38,312 nucleotides of DNA from NCBI GenBank assembly GCA_027251445.1, contig JAPNQO010000046.1, positions 1-38,312 of the forward strand, given 5' to 3'. The notes beneath the pieces are model-generated. The model saw only the letters and a list, made by a program, of their open reading frames with translations, was not told the DNA's origin and did no database searches. Positions 9,677 through 19,918 of this stretch are shown here, in pieces (within the stretch, counting starts at the first letter, position 1; each line of letters begins with the position of its first letter). A program made the translations under genes and the position numbers. Source of the DNA: Fidelibacterota bacterium (GTDB taxonomy: Bacteria; Fidelibacterota; Marinisomatia; Marinisomatales; TCS55).

Positions 9677-10043
9677 TTAATAATATTTTTGGACAAGTAG
9701 TCCAATCAAATTCTGTTGCACTATTTATTGTTTCAAGCTTAAAAGAAAGTTCATTTAAACTATTCATTAATTCTTTTACATTAATATTTCTGTGATTAGG
9801 AAGAAACCCAATAAACTTTTTAGTAGATTTTTTTAGCAAACTTCTTGCGCCATTCATATTACCATTCTCTAAATGCACAAAACATACAGCTAATTGAATT
9901 AATCCCTGTATAAAATCTTTATCCTTTAAATAATAGTCCGACCATAATTCTTCCCAAATCTCATGCGCATCAAAATATTCACCCTTAGAGTAAGCATTTA
10001 AACCAGAAAAAAATAATTCTTCCTTTTTTATATCATCATTCAC
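9669..10043 (-). CDS. DUF309 domain protein
   Basis: GEYFDAHEIWEELW, FIQGLIQLAVCFVH, GNMNGA. Confidence 0.9.
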   Translation of the reverse strand: MNDDIKKEELFFSGLNAYSKGEYFDAHEIWEELWSDYYLKDKDFIQGLIQLAVCFVHLENGNMNGARSLLKKSTKKFIGFLPNHRNINVKELMNSLNELSFKLETINSATEFDWTTCPKILLNE

Positions 10044-10884
10044 TAATTACTACTGGCTCCTTCAAAGAATATTGCGTTCCATTTATTTTTACTTTTCCTG
10101 CTTGCATTAATGGATCATGCTCAAAAAATACGATCCAGTCCTCATCGATTATCTTTGATAATAAATATTTTTTTTCATTAATTGTTTTTACAGGATCTAT
10201 ATCATATGCCATTACCCAATTCAATGGCAAGTGACTTGCCATCGGGAAAATATCTGCAGCATAAAAAAGAGTTTTAGAATTGTCAGATATGATTGGGTGC
10301 ATCATTCCAGTAGTGTGCCCATTACTAATAAAAATCTTAATTCCAGGAAGAAATTCTTCTCTATCTTTTACATAATTTATCATATTGTTACTTGCAAGGA
10401 CTGCCCAGTTTTCCTCTAAATAACTCCCTCTATCTTTTTCTGTAGGAGAATTTGCTAAATCCCAATTGTCTTTATTAATCCAATAAGTAGCATTCTTAAA
10501 TGTTGGAACAATTTTATTTTTCTCATATTTGGTATTTCCGCCAGCATGATCAAAATGCAAGTGAGTGCAAAAAACATCCGTTATATCATCTGTAGAAATT
10601 CCAATTTTTGAAAGAGATATATTTAAATTTATTTTCTCTAAATCAATGTTATAAATAGATCTGAATTTCTTATTCCATTTATCTCCATTACCTGTATCAA
10701 TGATAATTTTCCGATCATTACCAACCAATAACAAAGATCTTGTAACCATATTTATACGATTATAACTATCTGCAGGGGCTTCCTTTTCCCAAAGCGTTTT
10801 AGGAATAATTCCAAACATTGCTCCTCCATCTAAGCTAAACTGGCTTGTCTCTATACTATATAATTTGTAATCACCTATTCTCAT
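10036..10884 (-). CDS. MBL-fold metallo-hydrolase (YtnP-like)
   Basis: LDGGAMFG, IDTG, THLHFDHAGG, GHTTG, WVMAYD, FFEHDP. Confidence 0.92.
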   Translation of the reverse strand: MRIGDYKLYSIETSQFSLDGGAMFGIIPKTLWEKEAPADSYNRINMVTRSLLLVGNDRKIIIDTGNGDKWNKKFRSIYNIDLEKINLNISLSKIGISTDDITDVFCTHLHFDHAGGNTKYEKNKIVPTFKNATYWINKDNWDLANSPTEKDRGSYLEENWAVLASNNMINYVKDREEFLPGIKIFISNGHTTGMMHPIISDNSKTLFYAADIFPMASHLPLNWVMAYDIDPVKTINEKKYLLSKIIDEDWIVFFEHDPLMQAGKVKINGTQYSLKEPVVISE

Positions 10885-11797
10885 AATTATCCATTAATAA
10901 ATATATTTTATATGCAACGATTGGAAGATATTTTGAATCAATCTTTTTTGTAAAATATCGTAATGACTCTAAAGTGGTTATCCTTTCATTAATATGAACA
11001 TTCGATTGTATGATATCTTCAGTTAATTTCACAAAATAATCAGATTTATTTTCTATATAATAATTCAAGTTGTCTGGGTTCTTTTCTTCTATGTCAATTG
11101 TATTAGATATATTGTATTGGTTTATCCAAAAAGATATTTCTCTTTTAAATCCTGGTAAACGTGTGTATTCAGATTCTAATAGTCTCCAAACTGAACATAA
11201 AGTATTCATATCTTTTGAATCATTAATACTTAAAAAATACTTATTTATATCTAATACATTAATATTTACCCCAGAATGAGGTCGAGGTAAACCCTTATTT
11301 AATAACGTTCTTATAATACATTGTAAAAACACCCATACTCGATCTTTTTCAGGTGCAAATGCAAAAGCTCGTAAACAATGATATATAAATGTTCCATATT
11401 CATCTATATCTTGAAGTGCTAATTCTGCTAAATTTTGTAATATTGCTGGACTTCCATCAGATGCTAAATACAATCTTGAAAGATGCTTCTGAGTGGTATT
11501 TATATCTCCATTTTGGCATGCATCCTCAAGATCACTTATAAACACAGTTAATCCAATTTCTTTTTTATTAATTTTATTAAGATACTTCTTATCTTCAATT
11601 CTCATTTTAAGGCTTTGAGAATGGTCATCTATGAAATCCAAAATATATTTTGAAGGATTAGATCGAACATCTCCTAAAATATTTTTTATTGCGTTAGTTA
11701 CTATAATAGGGTGGTACATTGAGTCACCATCATGTATGCAAGACGCACCCTTTTTAAGATGTTTTGATAATATGTTTTCTAGCTGCGATTCAGTCAA
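10871..11797 (-). CDS. Hypothetical protein (predicted alpha-helical)
   Basis: 308-aa ORF filling the gap in a co-oriented run, TTG start, 14-bp overlap with the downstream gene; no recognised family motif. Confidence 0.7.
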   Translation of the reverse strand: MTESQLENILSKHLKKGASCIHDGDSMYHPIIVTNAIKNILGDVRSNPSKYILDFIDDHSQSLKMRIEDKKYLNKINKKEIGLTVFISDLEDACQNGDINTTQKHLSRLYLASDGSPAILQNLAELALQDIDEYGTFIYHCLRAFAFAPEKDRVWVFLQCIIRTLLNKGLPRPHSGVNINVLDINKYFLSINDSKDMNTLCSVWRLLESEYTRLPGFKREISFWINQYNISNTIDIEEKNPDNLNYYIENKSDYFVKLTEDIIQSNVHINERITTLESLRYFTKKIDSKYLPIVAYKIYLLMDNYENR

Positions 11798-11819
11798 ATA
11801 ATTTTAAAATATATAAAAA

Positions 11820-12521
11820 TTAATTTTCAACTACTGGTGTAGGCTCAATATCGGTTTTTGTTTTAGAATTATTATTACTCAAATTAAAAAATATCTGTAG
11901 AGAAAGACCTACTATACGTGAATTTTCAGAAGGAAAACCAAATTTTGTCGTATGGGGTAATTCAATAAATCGACCTTCAGGTTTATACTCTGGACTAAAA
12001 ACATCTCCAATCGGCATACTAGAAAAGTCATGATAATATCCTAATTCATAACTGATTCTTTTTCCAGAATTTCTACCATACAAAAAGCCTATTCGTGAAC
12101 TTGTTTTATCACTAATTCCATTGGGTATATACATAAATCTAAAACCTTTCCAAGAACTCTTCGGAGGCTCACCATTCTTTTTATTTTTACCCTGTTTGAA
12201 CTTATAATATGTTACGTCATAGTTATAATTTGGATTTAAACTCCATGCTAAGTTTAGCATATCCCACTTATTATCTTTTTCATATAACCTTCTACTATAA
12301 TCTATTCCACTCCCATAAATAGGTAATCCTACTCTAAAGCCGATATCTGATCTATCGCTGATACCTTTACGATACCATAAATATGGAAAGATATTTTCTA
12401 ATGCAAAAGCATATCCATATTCTACTTCGCCAACTTCCATACGCTTAGTTCCAATTCGAGGATGAGATGCGCAGCTATTTAAAAGAATGATTATTAGTAG
12501 TGTAGAAACTATACGAAGCAT
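11820..12521 (-). CDS. Hypothetical lipoprotein, aromatic/beta-rich
   Basis: Signal peptide ending in lipobox LLNSC; alternating Gly/aromatic strands. Confidence 0.65.
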   Translation of the reverse strand: MLRIVSTLLIIILLNSCASHPRIGTKRMEVGEVEYGYAFALENIFPYLWYRKGISDRSDIGFRVGLPIYGSGIDYSRRLYEKDNKWDMLNLAWSLNPNYNYDVTYYKFKQGKNKKNGEPPKSSWKGFRFMYIPNGISDKTSSRIGFLYGRNSGKRISYELGYYHDFSSMPIGDVFSPEYKPEGRFIELPHTTKFGFPSENSRIVGLSLQIFFNLSNNNSKTKTDIEPTPVVEN

Positions 12522-12587
12522 ATAGTAAAGTCGTTTAAAAAATAAATTAAAGTCAAGTATTAGACGATATAATTAATTCGCCTAAAA

Positions 12588-13124
12588 CTATCCACCTTCA
12601 GGACGGTCAAGTATGTCTTGTGATGGGTTTGGAGGAAGATTTACAATTTGCTCACCAAAATAATTACCCAAATGAGATATAATATCTTTCACGGAAATCA
12701 TACCATGTATCTTTCCATTATCATTAAGAATTGGGATATGACGTATTCCATAAATATGCATTTTATTTAGCGCATATGATATTGGATCATTTTTTGTTAG
12801 AGTTTCAGGTTTTTTGGTCATGTAGTTATCAATTTTTTCAGATTCCATATCTAAGCCTTTTGCAGTAACGCGTAATAAAAAGTCCCTTTCAGTCATAACA
12901 CCAATAATTTGGTCATTATTTTGAATCATAACACAACCAACTTTTTCATCATGTAGAATCTTAATCACAGACTTAAGGTTAATCCCTGATGAGACGATTG
13001 GATGATGCCTAAGAGATAATTTAGAAATAGGGTCATCAAGCGAAAGAGCTCGTGTTATTGGTGAATCAGATTGACTTTCTATTTCATCCATTCTATTTAA
13101 TTCATCATCAAAATTTTTATTCAT
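12588..13124 (-). CDS. Stand-alone CBS-domain pair protein
   Basis: VGCVMI..IIGVMTERDF and YMT..P...GIRHIPIL..GMISVKDI. Confidence 0.9.
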   Translation of the reverse strand: MNKNFDDELNRMDEIESQSDSPITRALSLDDPISKLSLRHHPIVSSGINLKSVIKILHDEKVGCVMIQNNDQIIGVMTERDFLLRVTAKGLDMESEKIDNYMTKKPETLTKNDPISYALNKMHIYGIRHIPILNDNGKIHGMISVKDIISHLGNYFGEQIVNLPPNPSQDILDRPEGG

Positions 13125-13145
13125 AACATAATTTAATATAAAATG

Positions 13146-14933
13146 CTATTTTAAGTAAATCATCTTACGGCTATAAATAATTGGCAAATAATCTTCAACT
13201 TGTGCTTGTATTGTCATAAAATATAATCCGCTAGAGAATTTTTCTCCACTCCAACTATAACTATATAGGCCTTTATTCATTTGATTCTCTTCAAAAAATA
13301 AATGTATTATTCGCCCAGCAGCATCATTTACATAAAGACTCACGATAGCAGGCTGCAATAAGTCAAAGGATATAGTAGTTTCAGAATTAAATGGATTAGG
13401 ATAATTTTGGTACAAAGCAAATATTTCCGGGATCATTAATTGTGACGTCGCACTTTTTACTAAATCGTTAGGCTCTCCAAGTGTAGAAATTGAATATTGT
13501 TTCCATCCATGATGATCAGGAATACGCCCTTCAGTAATTTCTTTTTCAGAAAAGATTGCTCTGGTATCAATTAATTGCCACTGTCCAAAATCATCTTTCA
13601 ATTTTAAATCAATCCAAAGAAATAATAAATCATCATTCAACACAAATACAGAATCAGTATAAACAGGTTCATAGCTATAAATAGGATCGATATCCCAAAC
13701 TAGAATATCATTTATAAATAAGCCCATATTATTATTAATTATTGAACTACCGTGTATTTCAATAAAAATCTGATTTGTTTCTGGAACATTAACAATTTCA
13801 TTTAAACAAAATTGTCCCATAGGTTCCGAAACAACTAGAGGAGGTTCAGAAATTGTATCATTTAACATAAAGTATTGATCTTCTATAGTTATTCCATATC
13901 CATAGTCATCTATAGTTATAGGTAAAATTTTCTGAATAGAACCATTTATTATTAATTCGTATTTTTCCATATTATCCATTAGTACTATATCAAAAATTTG
14001 AGATTCTTTATATATAGATTCTTCAATTTTTATCTCATTATAATTATCTCGAAGCATAATGGATTGAATCTTTTCTGCATGAATAACTGCAAATCTAGCA
14101 ATACTTGATCCAGCTATATTTTGCCAAGTTCCAAGAGGTAAAATAGGAGGTGCATCATCAAGCATTTTTATCTCACTGATTAACATTTTCCTAATTGAAA
14201 AAAGTCGATTATATATATAATTAGAAAATAAACTTGAATGGTTGTTCCATTCGCTGGGAGTCAATAAAAATTGATTATAGTAAAAAATGCCAACTTTTTT
14301 CAAAATATCTTCAAGCTGTTCATAAATATTATTTATATTTTCATCAGTTAGATAATCTTTATATGTCTTAAGAGATTTAAAACCAGCATTCCCCACCCAT
14401 GAAATAAATAGATCATCCTTATACTGAATCATACGTTGTAAAATTTCTAACTGACTACTATCAGCGGATATTAAAATATCTAATAAAATATAGTTTAGAA
14501 CCTGATCATGGAAAGTTTCAATATCCTTATATTTGTTTTTTACAAGCTTGTTTTCTTCAAGTGACAAAAGCGGGAGAAGATTATTATCAATATAAGCTTT
14601 TGCAAATGGAGGGGCGTCCATAACATTAGAAAAAATATCTCCATTAACAGATTCTATTTCTATATTATAAAAATATGGTCTTTTCCCATCAACTTCTATA
14701 TCTAGAAACCGTTCATTAGAATTATTTGTTTCATAAATTAAAGAATAGTTTGAAAATGAATTTTGGGTGCGAAAAAGCTTGATTGATTTGATATTAATTT
14801 TTTCAGGTATTTCCCATATTAATAATATAGAAGAATCTCCACTATATGCTTCAAGTTCAATGGGTCTTAAATCTTTTGCATTTACCAAAACACAAAATGA
14901 TAAAACCATCAATTTATAAAAAATATTTTTCAT
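13146..14933 (-). CDS. Secreted protein with N-terminal FN3-like domain and C-terminal sorting/FlgD-Ig-type domain
   Basis: Signal peptide from ATG 14933; ILLIWE..FLD..YFYNIE FN3 pattern; C-terminal FALYQNYPNPFNSETTISF...SSGLYF...RKMIYLK. Confidence 0.78.
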   Translation of the reverse strand: MKNIFYKLMVLSFCVLVNAKDLRPIELEAYSGDSSILLIWEIPEKINIKSIKLFRTQNSFSNYSLIYETNNSNERFLDIEVDGKRPYFYNIEIESVNGDIFSNVMDAPPFAKAYIDNNLLPLLSLEENKLVKNKYKDIETFHDQVLNYILLDILISADSSQLEILQRMIQYKDDLFISWVGNAGFKSLKTYKDYLTDENINNIYEQLEDILKKVGIFYYNQFLLTPSEWNNHSSLFSNYIYNRLFSIRKMLISEIKMLDDAPPILPLGTWQNIAGSSIARFAVIHAEKIQSIMLRDNYNEIKIEESIYKESQIFDIVLMDNMEKYELIINGSIQKILPITIDDYGYGITIEDQYFMLNDTISEPPLVVSEPMGQFCLNEIVNVPETNQIFIEIHGSSIINNNMGLFINDILVWDIDPIYSYEPVYTDSVFVLNDDLLFLWIDLKLKDDFGQWQLIDTRAIFSEKEITEGRIPDHHGWKQYSISTLGEPNDLVKSATSQLMIPEIFALYQNYPNPFNSETTISFDLLQPAIVSLYVNDAAGRIIHLFFEENQMNKGLYSYSWSGEKFSSGLYFMTIQAQVEDYLPIIYSRKMIYLK

Positions 14934-15005
14934 AAGATTTTTTTGCGGCGAGACCAAATTTGATAGTATTCTTGACAGAAGGCAAGAAAATTTATAATTA
15001 TTTGA

Positions 15006-17261
15006 TCAGTATGAGTTTATTATCAAATAAATCAATGATATAACATCATCGGTATTTATACTATTATCAAAATTGATATCAGCCAATGGAAATAGATTAT
15101 CAGGTACTACATTCCCTGAAACCATAAGATCAATTAACATAATCAAATCATAAATATCTATATAATTATCCTGATTAATATCCCCTTTCATAAATCTTGA
15201 ATAACCATGGATAGAAAAGTTGTCAAAATAGAAACCGTCTTCTTCAACGGCTCCATCTGATTTTAAAATAAAACGCAACCAAACCTGTGATCTATTCCCA
15301 TAAAAAGAAAGATCAATAGACTCATTTATCCACTCTTCTTGTAGACCATTATATAAAGGCTCCCCTGTAATCTGTACTCCATTTCCAGAACCTATTGATG
15401 TAAAATTACCGCTCAAAGGTCTCCAGTTTATTTGATCTATTGAGGCTTGTAGTTGTACAAAATCATAACTTTGTTCGATATTCCATTTTGCATCAAATGT
15501 TACGAACGGGGAAGAAATACCTGAAAAATTTATTATTCTTGTTAATTCAGTTTTACTAGTACCCCAATCTCCTATATAATTACCGACTGGACTATCTGTT
15601 ATACTAAACAATCCTTCTGATGCATCAAATATAGTCCCCCAATTATCCTCCTCACTCCAATCAATCATTCCATTTTCAGCACCATCAAAAAACATCTCGG
15701 TGTGATCCCCAAAGGTTATTGATACTGTATCAATACGTTGAAAGCTAGTGCTATCATAAAATGATATTATGAAGCCTCCTGTGTACCCATTATAAGTATT
15801 TGAATCTATAGATAATAATACATTGATTGTATCAGTTGCTCTTGCAGGCAAGGATTCAATGGTGATGTTATCAACATTTATATTGTTGAAATCATTTAAA
15901 GGCATAATATCTAATACTACTGATCCACTAGAATTAGTAAGACCTCTATTCTGAATTACTAATGATATAGAGACTGTATCATCTAGACTAGGATAATTAT
16001 TATTAAATATTTTATCATAAATGATATAATCACTTCCAGAAATCAAAGCAAATATTGAATTACTATGTACCTGATCTTGACATAGAGGCAAAACTCTATT
16101 TTCTGATGGCCAAAAATTATCAGAAAAAGATCCAACTTCAGGAGTATAGGAAATTAAATCAGCAGCACCATAGCTCCAATCAACTGCATCGCCATTTACT
16201 CCATAGCCAACAGTTTCAATCCCAGTACCTACCAAATAACCATTAAAACGTGTCATTTCTGTCCCTATTTCTCGCAATGTGGTTAGATCAGGCTCTACTG
16301 GATAACTTCCATCGCCCCAGCTATGAATTAAAAGATTCGAATATGAGTGGTAATGAAGTACGTTGATGAATTCTCTTGATAAAATAAAATTTCTAACTGC
16401 ATCTGTTTCTGGCTCTGAGAATGCAGATGTTCCTCGATAAACAGCGCTACATGGGTTTCCAGATGATCCAGAATTATTTGTACCCCAGTTGTACCCATAA
16501 TTTCTATTTAAATCAACTCCTTGCTGCGTACCTGAATTACAGTTTGAATTAGATGGATTTATTCTTCTATTTTTCCGATGCATCCCACCTCCATCTGGAG
16601 ATATACTTTCATTATAAGCATAACCATCAGGATTGATAATTGGAATAAACCACATTTCTCTATTATCTAATAAATAATTTGCAATTAGATCAGAATTATA
16701 ATTTTCACATAACCAGTTTGCAAAATAAAATAAGTTCATCATACTAAGGGGTTCTCGGGCGTGGGTTAACCCAGTAAATAATACTTCAGGCTCATTTTCA
16801 TTTATAGAAGGGTTATCAGATAGTTTAAATGCCCATATTATTCTTCCTTCAATACTTGTACCAATTGAATCTTTTTGACTTACAAATTCAGGATAAAGGG
16901 TAAAAAGTGTATCCATTTGGTTTATCGCTTCATTTAATGTGTAATTTCCTAACATAGAACCTAATGGAAAGTCGCGTTGAACACTTGGTTGAGATCTATT
17001 TATAAAATAGTTTGTTAGATCATCTTGAATTACTTCAAAATTAATGCCATTCTGGATTAAAATTGTTATCTCGGACGTACTTAAAACAATATCAATTGAA
17101 TTATCTTTATTCCTTTGATAATGATCTATAGGTATATCTAATTGAAATAATTCTAATAACTGATTATCATAATCAAATTTAATATTTACATGATGATATA
17201 TTTCATTATTGGCAAATAAAAAATTTGCAATAATAAGCAAAGATGTAATCATCAAAGACAT
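15006..17261 (-). CDS. Secreted M14 zinc carboxypeptidase (carboxypeptidase T-like) with C-terminal dockerin-like repeat
   Basis: HAREP, NPDG, RKNRR, GVDLNRNY, FSEPET, HYHSYS, TPEVG; C-terminal GDINQDNYIDIYD / ADINFDNSINTDD duplicated Ca-binding loops. Confidence 0.9.
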   Translation of the reverse strand: MSLMITSLLIIANFLFANNEIYHHVNIKFDYDNQLLELFQLDIPIDHYQRNKDNSIDIVLSTSEITILIQNGINFEVIQDDLTNYFINRSQPSVQRDFPLGSMLGNYTLNEAINQMDTLFTLYPEFVSQKDSIGTSIEGRIIWAFKLSDNPSINENEPEVLFTGLTHAREPLSMMNLFYFANWLCENYNSDLIANYLLDNREMWFIPIINPDGYAYNESISPDGGGMHRKNRRINPSNSNCNSGTQQGVDLNRNYGYNWGTNNSGSSGNPCSAVYRGTSAFSEPETDAVRNFILSREFINVLHYHSYSNLLIHSWGDGSYPVEPDLTTLREIGTEMTRFNGYLVGTGIETVGYGVNGDAVDWSYGAADLISYTPEVGSFSDNFWPSENRVLPLCQDQVHSNSIFALISGSDYIIYDKIFNNNYPSLDDTVSISLVIQNRGLTNSSGSVVLDIMPLNDFNNINVDNITIESLPARATDTINVLLSIDSNTYNGYTGGFIISFYDSTSFQRIDTVSITFGDHTEMFFDGAENGMIDWSEEDNWGTIFDASEGLFSITDSPVGNYIGDWGTSKTELTRIINFSGISSPFVTFDAKWNIEQSYDFVQLQASIDQINWRPLSGNFTSIGSGNGVQITGEPLYNGLQEEWINESIDLSFYGNRSQVWLRFILKSDGAVEEDGFYFDNFSIHGYSRFMKGDINQDNYIDIYDLIMLIDLMVSGNVVPDNLFPLADINFDNSINTDDVISLIYLIINSY

Positions 17262-17281
17262 TTGTTAAATAGAAAAAAAAA

Positions 17282-18553
17282 TTAAAGATTTTCTTTAAGC
17301 CAATCAGTAGTCACTGATTTCGGTCGCATAATAGGTATGCCAAGTGCTCGATTAAGTACTATTTGACTAATTATTCCCATTGCACGAGAAATACTAAATA
17401 AAACAGTATAATAGCTAAACTCTGTAAGCCCATAATGATACAATAAAGCTCCTGAAGCTGCATCTACATTAGGCCATGGGTTTTTAGCTTTTCCATGCTT
17501 TTGTAATACTTTAGGCACTACTTCAAATAAATTTTCTACAATTAAGAAAACATCATCATTTTTAATATGTTCTTTCCCAAAATTCATAAATGCAGTGAAT
17601 CTTGGATCAGGACAACGCAGAACTGCGTGTCCATATCCAGGAATAATTCGTCCGCTTTTTAATCTGTTCCAACATAATTCTTCAATTTCATTTTTTGAAG
17701 GAGCACCACCAAATTGATCTTTTATTTCTAAAACAAATTTTAGACATTCCTGATTAGCTAATCCATGCAATGGGCCTGCCAATGCGTTTAATCCTCCTGA
17801 AACTGCATAATATAAATCAGATAGGGTAGATCCAATTGTTAATGATGTAAATGCACTTGCATTCCCACCCTCATGATCACAATGAAGCATTAAATATAAT
17901 CGCATGAGTTTTTTTAGATTATCATCAGAATTATCTAACCCAAGCATATGTGCATAGTTCGCACCCCAGTCTAATGATTGATCTGGACCAATAATATTTC
18001 CTTTATTAAACCGCATTCTATAAATACCAGCTCCTAAAGTTGGTAATTTTGCTATCAAGCGAATCCCATCTTCTAGAGTTGGTTTCCAAAAATCATTTTT
18101 ACTAATCCCTTCATCATAATTTGAACGAAAAACAGATTCTTTTTCCATTGCAAGCACAGCAGTATTAAACATTGCCATAGGGTGAGAATCATCTGGCATA
18201 CTTTTTAATATTGTCCATATATAATCAGGAACAATTGCATGCTCCTGCAGATTAGATTGTAATTCACTTAGAGCATTTTTATCAGGTAGATCAGCTGTCA
18301 ACAATAAATAAAAAACTTCTTCAGGTAAAATATCAATAATTTCCAATAAAGGTTTACCTCTAATAATCAACCCAGTATCAGCAGAAACAGATGAAGTATC
18401 ACAAACAAGTCCTTTTACCCCACGCATGCCGCCATAAGCTTGTTTTAATGTTACCTCCCCTATTACAGAAGAACCCGACTCAGAAATCAGTGACTTTACA
18501 TCATTTCTCCAATGTGGGATTTTTTCTTCTAATTTCTTTAATAGTATTGACAT
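17282..18553 (-). CDS. gltA: Citrate (Si)-synthase, eukaryote-like type
   Basis: YGGMRG, HPM, DHEGGNASA, LAGPLHGLANQE, PGYGHAVLR, NPWPNVDA, YYTVLF.SRA.G, RPKS. Confidence 0.93.
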   Translation of the reverse strand: MSILLKKLEEKIPHWRNDVKSLISESGSSVIGEVTLKQAYGGMRGVKGLVCDTSSVSADTGLIIRGKPLLEIIDILPEEVFYLLLTADLPDKNALSELQSNLQEHAIVPDYIWTILKSMPDDSHPMAMFNTAVLAMEKESVFRSNYDEGISKNDFWKPTLEDGIRLIAKLPTLGAGIYRMRFNKGNIIGPDQSLDWGANYAHMLGLDNSDDNLKKLMRLYLMLHCDHEGGNASAFTSLTIGSTLSDLYYAVSGGLNALAGPLHGLANQECLKFVLEIKDQFGGAPSKNEIEELCWNRLKSGRIIPGYGHAVLRCPDPRFTAFMNFGKEHIKNDDVFLIVENLFEVVPKVLQKHGKAKNPWPNVDAASGALLYHYGLTEFSYYTVLFSISRAMGIISQIVLNRALGIPIMRPKSVTTDWLKENL

Positions 18554-18648
18554 CAATATTTATTTAGATATGATTGGTTACGTTTCATTTACTAAAAGTA
18601 AGACATTTATTAATTATATGAATTATTAATTTATCTTATCCAATATTA

Positions 18649-19905
18649 TTAATCACCAATAGTAGCAAATACTAATCCCGAATACACTTTTGGGAAAAAA
18701 TATGTCGACTTTTGCGGCATAGTTTCCCCTGACTCAGCAATTTTAAAAATCTGATCAAGATTAGGTGGGTTGACTAAAAAAATAAAGTTAAATCCATTAA
18801 GATTATTAATTAATTCGAGTGGAGATTCATTACCGCGAATATATGATATATGTTTTAAGTCATTTTGATCATTCGTATCTATTCCACACCCAGATTTTAA
18901 AATAAATTTATGAAGAATATTTACGTCTAAAGATTGTGACGCAATAGAAAACTTGTTGGACCATTGTCTTTCTCCAACATAGCTTAATAAATAATAGTTT
19001 TTAGAATTTGATACCATACCAATATTAATAACTTTGCCATTCTCATTTTGCTCCATCTTTACTAGTAAATTTTCTAATGAAGTATTTTTTTCCACTTTAA
19101 AACAATGACTAATTTTTTCAATTAACTGATTTTCTGTAATTTTAATATCATTAATTATCCTATGTGTTGGAAGGACATTCATACCTTTGTTATACGCATT
19201 CACAAGTGTAACCATCACTTTATTACTACCAAATTTGTTAGGATGATCTTTATTATATTTGAATGCAGTTTTATATCTATGATGACCATCAGCTATAATT
19301 ACTTTTTTATTAATCATCATTTCTTTGACTTCATTTATTTCATTATCATTATCTACGCGCCATACCTTATATGTAATGTTATCAATTTTAATTTCAATTA
19401 TAGTATCTTTATTTTTATAAGTACTACCAATTTTCTCGATGATTCTTTCTTCATCCCTATAGCTCATAAAAATTTGACCAGTGTTTGCCTCCGTAGATTT
19501 CATTAATTCATATCGATCATTAATATGCTTTGATATTGTTTGCTCATGGGGAAGAATTTTATCACCTAAATCAGTAATATGAATCTTTGCGATAAATCCA
19601 ATTCGATCTATAAGTCTATTATTTGTTTTAAAAGATTGCGATAAAATATATATTGATTCTTTATCATCTTGTTTAATAACTGAATTGTTTTTCCAATCGT
19701 CTAATATTCTTGCAGCATCATTATATTTTTCTGGGATAGGATTATTATTTAAAATAATTCTAATAAAATTATGAGGAGATAGTTTATACAGAGATTCTTG
19801 ATCTTTTTCATGAATCACATCATATGGTGGGGTGATAACTTTTGAAAGATCCTTAACAATATCACCATTATATCTCCACCCCTTAAATGGATAAATTTCA
19901 GGCAT
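18649..19905 (-). CDS. DUF1015 family protein
   Basis: PFKGWRY, PPYDVI, ILPHEQT, IADGHHRY, PTHR, MPQKSTYFFPK. Confidence 0.9.
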   Translation of the reverse strand: MPEIYPFKGWRYNGDIVKDLSKVITPPYDVIHEKDQESLYKLSPHNFIRIILNNNPIPEKYNDAARILDDWKNNSVIKQDDKESIYILSQSFKTNNRLIDRIGFIAKIHITDLGDKILPHEQTISKHINDRYELMKSTEANTGQIFMSYRDEERIIEKIGSTYKNKDTIIEIKIDNITYKVWRVDNDNEINEVKEMMINKKVIIADGHHRYKTAFKYNKDHPNKFGSNKVMVTLVNAYNKGMNVLPTHRIINDIKITENQLIEKISHCFKVEKNTSLENLLVKMEQNENGKVINIGMVSNSKNYYLLSYVGERQWSNKFSIASQSLDVNILHKFILKSGCGIDTNDQNDLKHISYIRGNESPLELINNLNGFNFIFLVNPPNLDQIFKIAESGETMPQKSTYFFPKVYSGLVFATIGD

Positions 19906-19918
19906 AACTTAATTTTCT

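Noticed and set aside
14969..14988. Short inverted repeat TTCTTG...CAAGAA
   Set aside because: Weak 6-bp stem with no U-tract on the transcribed strand; cannot be called a terminator or operator
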